A stretch of 64,000 nucleotides of DNA from Gemmatimonadota bacterium (lineage in GTDB: Bacteria; Gemmatimonadota; Gemmatimonadetes; Gemmatimonadales; Gemmatimonadaceae). The position numbers and the translations under genes are program-made. Below, one piece after another: positions 7,908 through 19,315 of the stretch. The stretch lies in assembly GCA_003223455.1 (NCBI GenBank), contig QHVE01000014.1:63077-127076 (forward strand), written 5' to 3'. Within the stretch, counting starts at the first letter, position 1. The number at the start of each line of letters is the position of its first letter. Below the pieces are notes generated by a model. That model was given only the letters and a program-made list of their open reading frames with translations, ran no database searches and was not told where the DNA came from.

Positions 7908-9016
7908 GCCTCCGCGTCTCGCTCCCCGGTGCGGTGCACGACCGGCTCTTCTTCGCGCAGGTGCGCGAGGACCCACGCGCGGAGCTCACGGCGTTGCACC
8001 CCGGACTCGACGACGACGTCGTGGTCGTCAGCTCGGGCGGCTGTACGGCGCTCTCGCTGCTCTCGGCGGGCGCTGGACGCGTGGTGGCGGTGGACCTGAA
8101 CGCCACGCAGAACCACCTCGTCGAGTTGAAGGCAGCGGCGGCGACGCTGGGCGCCCGCGAGGCGATCGCGTTTCTCGGCGCCCTCCCCTCGACGCGACGT
8201 CGTGAGACGTACGCGTCGCTGCGCGATGCGCTCAGCCCCGTCGCCCGACGCTACTGGGACAACCGCGCGAGCGTGGTGGAGGCCGGCGTGCTCCGTGCCG
8301 GCGTGAGCGAGCGGTTCATCGCCGGCGTCGTCGCCGCGCTCAAGCTCGTCGTGCATCCGACGGCGCGGGTGGAACGGCTGCTCGCCTGCCGCACGCTCGA
8401 CGAACAGCGCACGCTGTTCGAGCGCGAGTGGAGCACGCGGCGCTGGCGGGCGCTGTTCGCGCTGCTCTGCAACCGCGCGATGCTCCGAAACACGTATCCG
8501 GCGCAATTCTTCGAGCACGTCGAGAACCCGAGCTTCGCGCGGCACTTCCGTGATCTCGCCGAGCGCGCGATCACCGAGCTGCCGGTGTCGAGCAACTACT
8601 TCCTGCATCAGATGCTCGGCGGCCGGTACCCGGTGGAGGAACCGGATGGTGTGCCGCCGTATCTGAGCGAGCATGGTTCGGCCGCCGTCGCGTCGGCCCG
8701 CGAGCGCCTGGTGCTCGTCGACGGCAGCGTGACGGCGTACCTGCGCGCGCGTGCGCCGAACTCCGTCCACGTGTTCGCGCTGTCGAACATCTGCGAGTGG
8801 ATGACGCCGCGCGACGTGGACGCGCTGTTCCAGGAGGTGCTCCGCACGGCGGCGCCCGGCGCGCGGCTGGTCTATCGCAACTTCGTCGGCTGGACGGACC
8901 TCCCTGGTTGGTGCGAGCGCATCGTCCCCGACCACGAGCTGAGCACGCGGCTGAGCCGCGAGGACCGGAGCCTGATGCAGCGGCGCGTCGTGGCCTGCCG
9001 CGTGGAGGCCGCATGA
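7904..9016 (+). CDS. BtaA-like (DUF3419) S-adenosylmethionine-dependent 3-amino-3-carboxypropyl-transferase family protein
   Basis: 370 aa: MSLRVSLPGAVHDRLFFAQVREDPRAELTAL...VVVSSGGCTALSLLSAGAGRVVAVDLNATQNHL.... This is the N-terminal FAQV(W/R)EDP block plus a Rossmann-like SAM fold typical of DUF3419/BtaA. ATGA overlap with the upstream gene. Confidence 0.7.
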   Translation: MSLRVSLPGAVHDRLFFAQVREDPRAELTALHPGLDDDVVVVSSGGCTALSLLSAGAGRVVAVDLNATQNHLVELKAAAATLGAREAIAFLGALPSTRRRETYASLRDALSPVARRYWDNRASVVEAGVLRAGVSERFIAGVVAALKLVVHPTARVERLLACRTLDEQRTLFEREWSTRRWRALFALLCNRAMLRNTYPAQFFEHVENPSFARHFRDLAERAITELPVSSNYFLHQMLGGRYPVEEPDGVPPYLSEHGSAAVASARERLVLVDGSVTAYLRARAPNSVHVFALSNICEWMTPRDVDALFQEVLRTAAPGARLVYRNFVGWTDLPGWCERIVPDHELSTRLSREDRSLMQRRVVACRVEAA

Positions 9017-10143
9017 CGACCACGCTCGCTCCATCGCGCATCGCCGGTGCCGTGCGCGATGCGACTGCGGCCGACAACGATGCGCTCGTTGCGCTCGCCG
9101 AAGCGTGTCCGATGCGCGGCGACATCACGATGTGCGTCGATCGCGCCCCCGACTTCTTCGCGCTCGTGCGCCTGGAGGGAGAGCGGTGGCGCGTCGGAGT
9201 CGCCGAGGACGCCGGCGGCGTAGTGGGTTGCGTCGCGGCGTCCGAGCGCCTGGCGTACGTGAATGGCGCCGCTGCTCGCACGGCGTACGTCGGCGATCTC
9301 AAGGTGCATCCCACGCATCGTGGTGGCTTCGCCGCCGATGCACTGGAGGAGTTCTCCCGGGAGGCGGTACGCGGCTACGGCGGCGACGACATGCTGGCGC
9401 TCGTCACGGTGCTCGGAGGCAACAGCGCGATGGAACGCCGCGCCGTCGGACCCCGCGGGCTGCCGAGGCTCACGCGGTTCGCCACGCTGGACGTGCACGC
9501 CATCCCGTTGCTCTGGTCGCGCGCGGAGTGGGTCGCCGGCCTGCGCGTCGACGTGGCGCGCGAGCGTGACCTGGACGAGATGGGCGCGCTGTGGAATCGC
9601 GTCGCACCGGGACGGCAGCTGGCGCCGGTGCTCGGAGCCGCGCGGCTCAGTGCATGGATCGCCGACGCGCCCGGCCTCGCCGTCGAGGACTACCTCGTGG
9701 CGCGTCGCGCCGATGGCCGCATCGTCGGATTCCTCGCGCTCTGGGATCAGTATTTCATCAAGCAGCTTCGCGTCCTCGGCTACTCGACGCGGCTGGCCGC
9801 GGTGCGCGCGGCACTGAACGGGATCGCGCCGATCGCTCGCACGCCGAGGCTGCCCGCGGCGGGCGCCGTGCTGCCCTCGCTCGCCGTGCTCCACTGCTGT
9901 GTCGGCGGCGACGAGCCCGCGGTGCTTCGGGCGCTGATGCTCCACGCGTACGCCGCGCGCCGCGGCGCCGGCTATCTCTTTCTCAGCCTCGCGCTCGATC
10001 GGCGCGATCCGCTCCGCACCGCGCTGCGTGGTCTGCTCGCGCAGCCGACCGTCGTCGGCGCGTACGCCACGACGCCCGCTGGCCGATGGACGGGCGCTCC
10101 GCTCGATGGTCGTCCGCTGCACTTCGAGTCGGCACTCGTATGA
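9013..10143 (+). CDS. GNAT-family N-acyltransferase (two GNAT-like halves)
   Basis: 376 aa. The first half carries the acetyl/acyl-CoA motif A-like YVGDLKVHPTHRGGFAADAL. The second half (IVGFLALWDQYFIKQL...) resembles a degenerate GNAT repeat. ATGA overlap at both ends. Confidence 0.6.
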   Translation: MTTTLAPSRIAGAVRDATAADNDALVALAEACPMRGDITMCVDRAPDFFALVRLEGERWRVGVAEDAGGVVGCVAASERLAYVNGAAARTAYVGDLKVHPTHRGGFAADALEEFSREAVRGYGGDDMLALVTVLGGNSAMERRAVGPRGLPRLTRFATLDVHAIPLLWSRAEWVAGLRVDVARERDLDEMGALWNRVAPGRQLAPVLGAARLSAWIADAPGLAVEDYLVARRADGRIVGFLALWDQYFIKQLRVLGYSTRLAAVRAALNGIAPIARTPRLPAAGAVLPSLAVLHCCVGGDEPAVLRALMLHAYAARRGAGYLFLSLALDRRDPLRTALRGLLAQPTVVGAYATTPAGRWTGAPLDGRPLHFESALV

Positions 10144-12387
10144 CCGCGCGCGCCGGCACGCTCTGGCACGACCGGCTCGCACGATTCGTCGTGCGGCGGC
10201 GGCGGTGGCTGTGGGGCGCATGGGCGATTGCCGTCGTGCTGCTGCTGCCGCACGCGCGCGAGGCGAAAGCGCGGCTGGAGGTCGCCGCACGCGTACGAGG
10301 GAGCGAGTCCGAGATGGTCGCGCAGCTCCTCGCCGACCGCTTCGACTCGCCGTTCGCGCGCTCGGCCGTCGTCGTCGTCACGGGTGTTCCGCGGCCGGAC
10401 AGGCCCGCCGGCCGTGCCGCGCTGCGTGGGCTCGTCACCGCCGCGGCTCGCGTCCCCGGCGTCACGCGCACGCTCTCCTATCTCGACGTCCCCGACAGCG
10501 CCTTTCTCGGCGCCGGCTCCGGCACGTTCATCGTCGTCGGGCTGGATGGCCGGCGCACCTCCGGCGATTCGCTCGTGGCGCGCCTGCGCGCCGGTACCGC
10601 CGCGGCCGCGATGACGATCCGGGTCACACATCCCACCGCCGAAGTGATGGTGACGGGAGAGGATGCCCTCAACCACGACCTTCGCGCCGCGAGCGCACAC
10701 GACGTCTCGGCGGCGGAGCGTCGCGCGCTTCCGCTCACGCTCGTGCTCCTCCTGCTCGCCTTCGGCGCGGTGGTGGCGGCGTTGATCCCGCTCGGTGTCG
10801 GAGGCCTGGCGATCGGGCTCGCGCTGGGCGCGGCCGCGCTCGTCGCCCGTGTGTGGCCGCTCTCCATCGCTCTTCAGAACGTCGTCTCGATGCTCGGCCT
10901 CGGGCTCGGCGTGGACTACACCCTGCTGCTCGTGAGCCGCTTCCGCGAAGCACGCGCCATCGGCGCCGACGCCGAGCATGCGGCGGTGGAGGCGGCGACG
11001 CACGCGGGGCACAGCGTGATCGTGTCCGCCGCGACGGTGGCGGTGGGCTTCGCCGCGCTGCTCGCCGTCCCACTCGCCGACCTCCGCTCCATCGCCGCCG
11101 GGGGACTGCTCGTCGTCGTGGTTTCCGCGCTGCTCGCCGTCACGCTCGTACCCGGACTGCTCGCCTCGCTCGGTGCGCGCATCGAGATCGGGCGCGTGCT
11201 GCCGCGTGCACGTGGCGCGGCCGCGTCGCGCTGGCGCGGCTGGGCCGCCCGCGTGGCGCGACATCCCCTGCGCACGCTGGTCGGTGCCGGACTACCGCTC
11301 GTGCTGCTCGCCGCGCAGGCGACACGCCTGAAGCCCCAGCTTCCGCGCGGCGACTGGCTGCCACGCTCGGCCGAGGCGGCACGTGGCGCGCGTGCGCTGC
11401 GCGCCATGGGCAGCGGGGGCGTGGTGCAGACGGTGCGAATCGTCGTCGCGCTGCCAGCAGGCGCTCGCGCGCTCGACGACCGCGGCTACGTCGCGACCGC
11501 ACGCCTCGCGGCCGCGCTCGTGCGCGATCCGCGCGTGCGGCGCGTGCGCTCGCTGCCCGGCGTCGCCAACGGCGTGATGCCCCGCTCGCCCTTCTTCGCG
11601 CTCGTGTCCGACGACGTGCTGCGCTCGTTCGTGAGCCGCGACCAGCGACTCGCGCTGCTCGAGGTGGTTCCATCCGATGGCGCCGACGGCGCGGCGCTTC
11701 CCGCGCTCGCGCGCGACCTCCGGGCCATCGACGCGGGAGCCGTGAGCGGCGTCGACGGCACGCGGCTGCTCGTCGGTGGCGTGCCGGCACTCAACGCCGA
11801 CTACGCCGACGCCATCGCACGCCGCACTCCGCTCGTGGTCCTGCTCGTCGTCGGCGGGACGCTGCTCGCCCTTGCCGTCGGGTTCGAATCGATTCTCGTA
11901 CCGGTCAAGGCGGTCGCACTCAATCTCCTCACCGTCGGATCGGCGCTCGGTGTCGTCGTGCTGGTGTTCCAGGACGGGCACGGCGCCCGGCTGGTCGGGC
12001 TCTCGGCACCGCTCGACGGCACCTTCGCCGCCGTGCCGCTGCTCGTGTTCTGCATCGTGTTCGGCTTGAGCATGGACTACGAGGTCTTTCTGCTCTCGCG
12101 CGTCGCGGAGGCGAGGCGGCGCGGCGCATCCGAGGGCGCCGCACTCGTCGCGGGCGTGGGACATTCGGGGCGCGTGATCACCAGCGCCGCATCGATCATG
12201 GTGGTGGTGTTCGGTGCGTTCGCGCTCGGGGACTTCGTCCTCGTGAAGATCCTCGGCGTGGCGCTCGCCACCGCCGTCGTGCTCGACGCCACCCTCGTGC
12301 GCCTCGCCGTGGGACCGGCGCTCCTCGCGCTCGCGGGCCGCTGGAACTGGTGGCCCGGCTCGATCGTGTCCCACCGCGTTCCAAATC

Positions 12388-12426
12388 CGAATTCCGTCGT
12401 TGAAGAGGAAATGGAAACGGCATTCG
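12388..12426 (-). terminator. hairpin immediately downstream of the cfa stop (possible terminator in the convergent junction)
   Basis: CGAATTCCGT (12388-12397) and ACGGCATTCG (12417-12426) pair at 9 of 10 positions around a 19-nt loop. This is a locally AT-richer patch. There is no strong U-tract. Confidence 0.3.
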
Positions 12427-13814
<1,388 letters not shown>

Positions 13815-13818
<4 letters not shown>

Positions 13819-16800
13819 GATGCCAGTAGTCCCTGCCTCCGCGCTACGTCGGCCAGCTCGCCGCGTGAGGCTACCTCGAGCTTGAGGAAGATGCTCGAGA
13901 GATGGGTGCTCACGGTCCGGGGCGAGATGCCGAGCGCCGAGGCGATCTCCTTGTTCGACTTGCGCGCGGCGACGAGGCGCGCCACGTCCACCTCGCGCCC
14001 GGTGAGCGCGCCGACGCCGGCGAGCGGCGCCTTCGCCGGCGGCCGCAGGCCGAGCTCGCGGATCACGTCGCGCGTGATCGAGAGCTCCACCTCGGCGCGC
14101 ATACGGAGGAACGCGTCGTGCGCGCGGCGCAGCTCGCGCGTCGCGCCCTCGAGATCGCCGAGCTTCGCGAGCACCCACGCCAGCTTGCGGCGAACGCGTG
14201 CGGCATCGATCAGCCACGGGATCGCCTCGAGCGCCTCGGCGCTCTGCCGGAGCAGGGGCGCGGCGGTCTCGTAGTCCTTGCGCAGCATCGCGATCAGGCC
14301 GTCACAGGTGTCGGCCCACGCGATGCCGAGTCGGTGTCCGAGCTGCAGCGAATCCCTCCGCAGCCGCGCCTCGTAGCGACGCGCCAGCTCGAGATCGCCC
14401 AGCCAGAGCGCGGCTTCGATCGTCATCGGCAGCAGCCGGTGGATCCCCCAGGCCACGTACCCGGTGCGATCGACGAGCGCGAGCCCCGCGTCGCCGATCT
14501 CGATCGCGCGCCGATAGTCGCCCGTCGCCACGTGATAGGCCACGAACCCGGCGTGCACCGGCACCGCCGAGTGCACGTCCGCCACGCGCAGCACGCTCTT
14601 GTCGCCCGTCGAGAGCCTCCACGCTTCGTCGAGATACTCCTTCGCCTGCGCCGTGGCGCCGCGATGCAGGTGGATCATCGCCGCCCACACGAGCAGTCGC
14701 GGCAGCAGCACGCGCTGCCGCAGCGCACGCGCCATCGGGATCGTCCGCTCGGCGAGCGCGAGCCCCGCGTCCCAGTCACCCGTGCCCGAGTGCAGCTCGA
14801 CGGCGATCTCCGCGGTCCAGCAACGCAGCACCGGCGAGCCCAGCGCGTCCGCCAGGCGCTCGCTCTCGGCAAGGTGCCGCGCCATCGCGCCGCTGTTGCC
14901 GGACAGCCCTCCCACCATCGCCATCGCCCAGTGGGCCGACCAGGCAACGCCGCGTTCCCCCGCGGACTCCGCGAGCTCGATGGCGCGCATGCCGTCGGCG
15001 TGCGCTCGCTCGGTGGGCCCGATGAAGACGTGCAGCAGCTGTGACGAGCGATGCACGCGCGCCAGCACTCCCGCGTCGCCGAGTCGCTCGGCCACGGCGA
15101 GGGCGGCGTCGATCTCCGCGCGCGCGTCGTCCGGCTTGCCGAGCGCCTGCAGCGTCATCGCCCGCGCGACTCGCGTGCGGGCCAGCAGTGAGTCGTGACC
15201 CGCATGCTCGGCGGCGGCCAGCGACACGTCGAAGTGGGCGAGCGCCTCTTCGTATTGGGTGCTCCAGAAGGCGCCGAGCCCGAGCCGACGCTCGATCGCG
15301 GCGACTCGCACCGCGTCGCCCGCCCGCTCGGCGGCCGTGCGCGCGCGCGTCCACAGCGCCTTCGCGGCGTCATAGTCGCCCAACCGCTGCCGCGCCTGGG
15401 CGAGATCCTCCACGAGCGCGTCGGGATCCACCGTCGGCGCGTCGAGCGGGCCGGCGCGATCGAGATGCTCCAGCGCCGAGTTCAGGTAGTTGGCCGCCTC
15501 GCGGTTGGCGTAGCGGGCGAGCGCGTCGCGACCCGCGGCCGCGAGATAGCGCACCGCCTTGGCCGCCAGGCCGCGCGTCTCCGCACGCGAGAAGTGGTAC
15601 GCCAGCTCGTCGGCGTGCGCGTCGGCCTCGGCGCCGTACAGCGTCTCGAGCGCCTCCGCGACCGTGGCGTGCAGCAGGCGTCCCCGCGCGATCCCGAGCT
15701 CGCCGTACAGCACGTCGCGCACGAGCGGATGCGCGAACTCGTAGGTGATGCCGCCGTCGCTCTGCACCTCTTCCGAGACCGCGTTCTGTGCACGGAGCTC
15801 GTCGAGCGCGGTGAGGACGTCGCTCTCCGTCAGGCCGCTCACGGCGACGAGGGCATCGTGCGACGTCCGCGTGCCGATCACCGCCGCGAGGTTCGCGATG
15901 GTGCGCGCCGCGGCGCCCAGCCGGTTCACGCGTGCCGTCACCGCGTCACGGATCGAGCGCGGCAGGCCGGGCAGCTCGGCCTCCCACCCGTGCCACGTCC
16001 CATTCTGCTCGTGCAGCGCGCCCGATTCCACGAGCGCCTTGAGCACCTCTTCGACGAAGAACGGATTGCCGCGCGTCCAGGAATAGAGACGGCCCGCGAG
16101 CGTGCGGGCCGAGGCGGCATCGGCGTGGAACGCCTCGCGCACCAGCTCCTGCAGTGCGTCCGCGCCGAGCGGCTCGAGTCGCATGAGGCGCGCCGCCCCC
16201 AGCGAGAGCAGCGATTGCTCCGTCGTGCGCAGCGTCGGGTTCGCGTCGAGCTCCGACTCGTTGTACGTGCAGAGAAGCGCCACGCGCTCGCTGCCGATCT
16301 GCCGCGCCACGAAGTGGAGCAGCTCGAGCGACGAGCTGTCGGCCCACTGCAGGTTCTCCAGCACGAGCAGGATCGGCCGCTGCGTCGCGAGCTGGCCGAG
16401 GAACTGGGTGAAGCTCCAGAGCAGCCGCGACTTCACGTCGCCCCCCTCGCGCGAGGCCGGCGTATGGGGCGAGGTGGAAAAAGCGGGACAGATGTTGGCG
16501 AGCGTGCTCGCATCGCCGCGCGTCATCACCGCGAGCGCCGCCGGTGTCAGGCCACGCAGCACGGCGGTGAGCGCGTCGGCGAACACCGCGTACGGCACCC
16601 CCGTCTCCACGGGATAGGCGCGGCCGACGGTGACGGTCCAGCCCTGGCGGGCGGCGCGCTCGGCGATCGCACCGACGAGCCTCGTCTTGCCCACACCGCC
16701 GACGCCGGCGAGGAGCGTGGTCCCCCCACGGCCGGCGGCGGCCTCCTCGAGCCACCCTTCGAGGGCGGCGACCTCGTTGTCGCGACCGACGAGTGGAAGC

Positions 16801-16859
16801 GGGAACGGGCCGCGTCCGCGCGACCCGCTCTCTACGGCTCTGGCAGTCGTTGCCTGCAT
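13815..16859 (-). CDS. LAL-type transcriptional regulator (AAA+/STAND ATPase - TPR-like - LuxR HTH)
   Basis: 1014 aa, with Walker A LLAGVGGVGKTRL, a long helical repeat middle region, and a C-terminal LuxR/FixJ HTH (LTGREVDVARLVAARKSNKEIASALGISPRTVSTHLSSIFLKLEV). Confidence 0.85.
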
Positions 16860-16958
16860 GGCGCGAGAATGCAGACGCTACCGTCTCAAGGCAAGGACCC
16901 GGAGGTCCGGGGTCCGAGACGCTCTGTCGATCCAGAGGTTCGTGGTGCCCCCCGGAGT

Positions 16959-18071
16959 TCAGCGCGAGGCGATCGCGGGCTTCTCGGACCCGATGTAGAG
17001 CAGCCCCGTGCTCGCCGAGCGCGTCGGATCGACGACCGTCGCGCGCGACGCCGCGCGGATGTGGCCCGCGACTTCGGCCGGCGTCGCCGTCGGATGCGCC
17101 TCGAGGTAGAGCGCGATCGCGCCGCTCACGTAGCCGGCCGACATCGACGTGCCCGTCCAGAGCTGCGTGGTCGCGAGCCGTCCCTCGATGCTCGGGAGGA
17201 GCACGGAGTCACCCGGGGCGAAGACATCGAGGCAGGGGCCGAAGGCCGTTCCCGGCGTGCGGGCGTCCACGAGGCGCGCCGTGGAGTCGCTGCCCATGCG
17301 ACGCACGCGCGAGGCGCCGACGACGATCGCGCCCGGCGAGTTGGCGGGGGCGATGCGGCAGGCGTTCATCTCGATGTTGCCCGCGGAGACGACGACGGGG
17401 ATCCCCGCGTCGATCAGCGCGGTCACGGCGCTGTCGAGCGCGGGGATCGTCGCCGCGGTGTCGGCGATGAACGACCAGTTGGCGATGGCGCGATGCTCGG
17501 GATGCCGGGCATGGTCGGCGATCACCCAGTGTGCGCCCTGGACGATGGCGTCGATCGTTCCGCGCAGCCGCCGGCACTCCACCATCTTCACGTCGACGAT
17601 CTCCGCCGCCGGGGCGACGCCGAGCGTCGTGCCGGCCACCGCGCCGGCGACGGCGGTGCCGTGCGCGTTGCAGAGATGCTCCTCGCCCGGGAAGGCGTTG
17701 AAGCCGCGCCGCACTCGCCCGACCAGCTCGGGATGCGTGTCGAGGATCCCGCCGTCGAAGACGTAGACCGTGATGCCGCTCCCGGTGCCGAAGTGCCGGT
17801 AGGTGCGGTCGAGGGGCAGCGACTGCTGGTCGATTCGGTCGAGGGCGAGCGAGACGGTCTGCGCCTCGACGTACTCGGTCGTCACCGAGGCCGCCGCACT
17901 GGCCGCCGAGGCCACGACGCCGGTGTGCACGTTCGCCGTCACGCCACGGGTCGCCGGCGCACAACCGCCAAGCAATGTCGCCGCGACGGCGGCGGCGGTA
18001 CGGAGGACGTGGGTCGGGAGCGAAACGCGGCGCATGCGACGGCGGCGGTGAAGTGGCCCGAGGCGAGACAT
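16959..18071 (-). CDS. S8-family (subtilisin/proteinase K-like) serine peptidase, lipoprotein-like
   Basis: The catalytic triad blocks are VYVFDGGI (Asp), NAHGTAVAGAVAG (His) and GTSMSAGYVSGAIAL (Ser). The signal/lipobox is TLLGGCAP. The true start may be the second Met (MRRVSLP, 18035). Confidence 0.85.
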   Translation of the reverse strand: MSRLGPLHRRRRMRRVSLPTHVLRTAAAVAATLLGGCAPATRGVTANVHTGVVASAASAAASVTTEYVEAQTVSLALDRIDQQSLPLDRTYRHFGTGSGITVYVFDGGILDTHPELVGRVRRGFNAFPGEEHLCNAHGTAVAGAVAGTTLGVAPAAEIVDVKMVECRRLRGTIDAIVQGAHWVIADHARHPEHRAIANWSFIADTAATIPALDSAVTALIDAGIPVVVSAGNIEMNACRIAPANSPGAIVVGASRVRRMGSDSTARLVDARTPGTAFGPCLDVFAPGDSVLLPSIEGRLATTQLWTGTSMSAGYVSGAIALYLEAHPTATPAEVAGHIRAASRATVVDPTRSASTGLLYIGSEKPAIASR

Positions 18072-18238
18072 CGCGTCTCGCAGGGACCACTAACACAAGC
18101 AACGTGCCAGATCGCCTTCGCCGGTCGACTCGGCGGTCGAGTGCGCCGTGCGCGGAGGATGGCCCGTCGACGCGAGACGGGCCGGCGACGCTCGAGGCGT
18201 GGCCAGCCCGGTGTCACATCGGTCGACGTGCTGTGGCT

Positions 18239-18418
18239 CTACCGCACCAGGCTTTCGACCTCGGCGGCCTTGCAACGCTCGGCGTGGGCCGGGTAGGCAT
18301 GGCCGCAGTGGACGCACTGCTCACCGAATCCGGTGCGTTTCCAGATCAGGTAGTAGACGGCGCGCTGCAGCTTGGCGACGCGATCCTCGAGATCGCGGAC
18401 GGACGTGCTGGATTCCAT
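18239..18418 (-). CDS. small hypothetical Cys/His-containing protein (59 aa; 68 aa if the ATG at 18445 is used)
   Basis: MESSTSVRDLEDRVAKLQRAVYYLIWKRTGFGEQCVHCGHAYPAHAERCKAAEVESLVR. GC3 is high and genome-like. GGAGGAG lies 3 nt upstream of this ATG. I recognise no family. Confidence 0.45.
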   Translation of the reverse strand: MESSTSVRDLEDRVAKLQRAVYYLIWKRTGFGEQCVHCGHAYPAHAERCKAAEVESLVR

Positions 18419-18500
18419 GGCTCCTCCGGGGCGAAGCGGCAACATCGCACGGCGATGGCGGTTGCGCTACTGGGCCGATCGAGGACATGCAGGGCCGATT

Positions 18501-18524
18501 ACATAAATATCAATTTATATATGG
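18501..18524. promoter_or_regulatory. AT-rich dyad (ATAAAT-ATCA-ATTTAT), copy 1 of a putative ArsR operator
   Basis: ACATAAATATCAATTTATATATGG stands out in GC-rich DNA. Its reverse complement shares AATTGATATTTAT with the site at 18864-18888. It lies between the arsR stop (18558) and the small ORF start. Confidence 0.4.
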
Positions 18525-18557
18525 CTTCACTCGTAGAGTAGCGGCCAGCCACTCCGT

Positions 18558-18857
18558 CTATCTCGCCCGCATCGGCTCCATCTCGAACAGCGCGAGCCGG
18601 CAGGCTCCGAGCGCCGAGTCGGCGATCGAGTAGTGGATCCACCGGCCGTCGCGCCGGTCGATCACCAGGCCGGCCTCGCGCAGGATTCTGAGATGGTGCG
18701 ACATCAGCGACTGGCCGACGTCGACGAGGGCCATCAGCTCGCTCACCGATCGCTCACGGCCGGCGAGGTGTTCGAGGATGCGCAGCCGAGTCTCGTCGCC
18801 GAGGGCTCGGAATCGGAGCGCGGCCACCGCACGCGCATGATCGGGGCGGGATGCCAT
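18558..18857 (-). CDS. ArsR/SmtB-family metalloregulatory transcriptional repressor
   Basis: 99 aa: ALGDETRLRILEHLAGRERSVSELMALVDVGQSLMSHHLRILREAGLVIDRRDGRWIHY. This is a winged-HTH with the ArsR signature. Confidence 0.9.
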   Translation of the reverse strand: MASRPDHARAVAALRFRALGDETRLRILEHLAGRERSVSELMALVDVGQSLMSHHLRILREAGLVIDRRDGRWIHYSIADSALGACRLALFEMEPMRAR

Positions 18858-18862
18858 GCCGC

Positions 18863-18890
18863 ACTATAGCAATTGATATTTATATGACAA
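18863..18890 (-). promoter_or_regulatory. sigma70-like promoter of arsR with embedded operator copy 2; predicts a leaderless mRNA
   Basis: The minus strand reads TTGTCA-(16 nt: TATAAATATCAATTGC)-TATAGT-GCGGC-ATG. The -35 is the complement of 18885-18890 and the -10 is the complement of 18863-18868. The -10 ends 5 nt before the arsR ATG. The spacer carries the AATTGATATTTAT motif shared with 18501-18524. Confidence 0.5.
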
Positions 18891-18920
18891 GGCCGCCGGG
18901 CTCGATCGAGCCCGGCGGCC
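18891..18920 (-). terminator. perfect 30-nt GC-rich palindrome, probable terminator of the 18941-19315 gene
   Basis: GGCCGCCGGGCTCGATCGAGCCCGGCGGCC is fully self-complementary. It lies 20 nt after the TAA stop of the upstream minus-strand gene. On the minus strand it is followed by TTGTCATATAAATAT. Confidence 0.5.
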
Positions 18921-18940
18921 TCTGGTGGCGGCGCGGGGGC

Positions 18941-19315
18941 TTACTGCCCGCGGTTCCGCTCGCGCGTGTCCGAGCTGTTCACCGGACGGCCGCCGGAGCC
19001 GCCGTAGCCGCTCCGGTGCTGATCGTCTTCGGGGAGGGGCTCCGAGCCGGCGCGCTCGTCCCCGTCGCGCGTGCTTCGCCCGGTCTCCTGGCCGGACAGC
19101 CCGCTGCGATCCCCCTCCGATCGCCCGCCGCCCTGTTGGGCGTTGTGCATCCCCTCCGATGCCTCGCTCCCGGCCCCCGTCTGGCGGCTCGGACGCCCTG
19201 TCGGCCCGTCGGAGTGCTGGCGTGGGGCGCTCGCGCTCTGGTCCGGCGCGCCCACCCGCGTCCCCTGGTCGTCGCCCAGCCCATCCGTCGATCCCTTCGA
19301 CCGCTGCTCGTCCAT
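18941..19315 (-). CDS. small hydrophilic, low-complexity (Gly/Ser/Asp/Arg/Gln-rich) protein, possibly stress-associated
   Basis: 124 aa: MDEQRSKGSTDGLGDDQGTRVGAPDQSASAPRQHSDGPTGRPSRQTGAGSEASEGMHNAQQGGGRSEGDRSGLSGQETGRSTRDGDERAGSEPLPEDDQHRSGYGGSGGRPVNSSDTRERNRGQ. A consensus AGGAGG (complement of 19321-19326) lies 5 nt upstream of the ATG. GC3 is strongly genome-like and there is a hairpin downstream. Confidence 0.6.
   Translation of the reverse strand: MDEQRSKGSTDGLGDDQGTRVGAPDQSASAPRQHSDGPTGRPSRQTGAGSEASEGMHNAQQGGGRSEGDRSGLSGQETGRSTRDGDERAGSEPLPEDDQHRSGYGGSGGRPVNSSDTRERNRGQ

Noticed and set aside
10028-12403. 791-aa + strand ORF, overlapping the MMPL gene in another frame
   Set aside because: The composition is extreme Arg/Ala/Gly/Pro (RRRR runs) with no motifs. 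It is a typical out-of-frame shadow in high-GC DNA. The MMPL frame carries the real signatures.
15195-18296. 1033-aa + strand ORF antisense to the LAL regulator and the S8 peptidase
   Set aside because: It is an Arg/Gly/Asp-rich low-information sequence spanning two well-supported minus-strand genes and their intergenic gap. It is an antisense shadow ORF.
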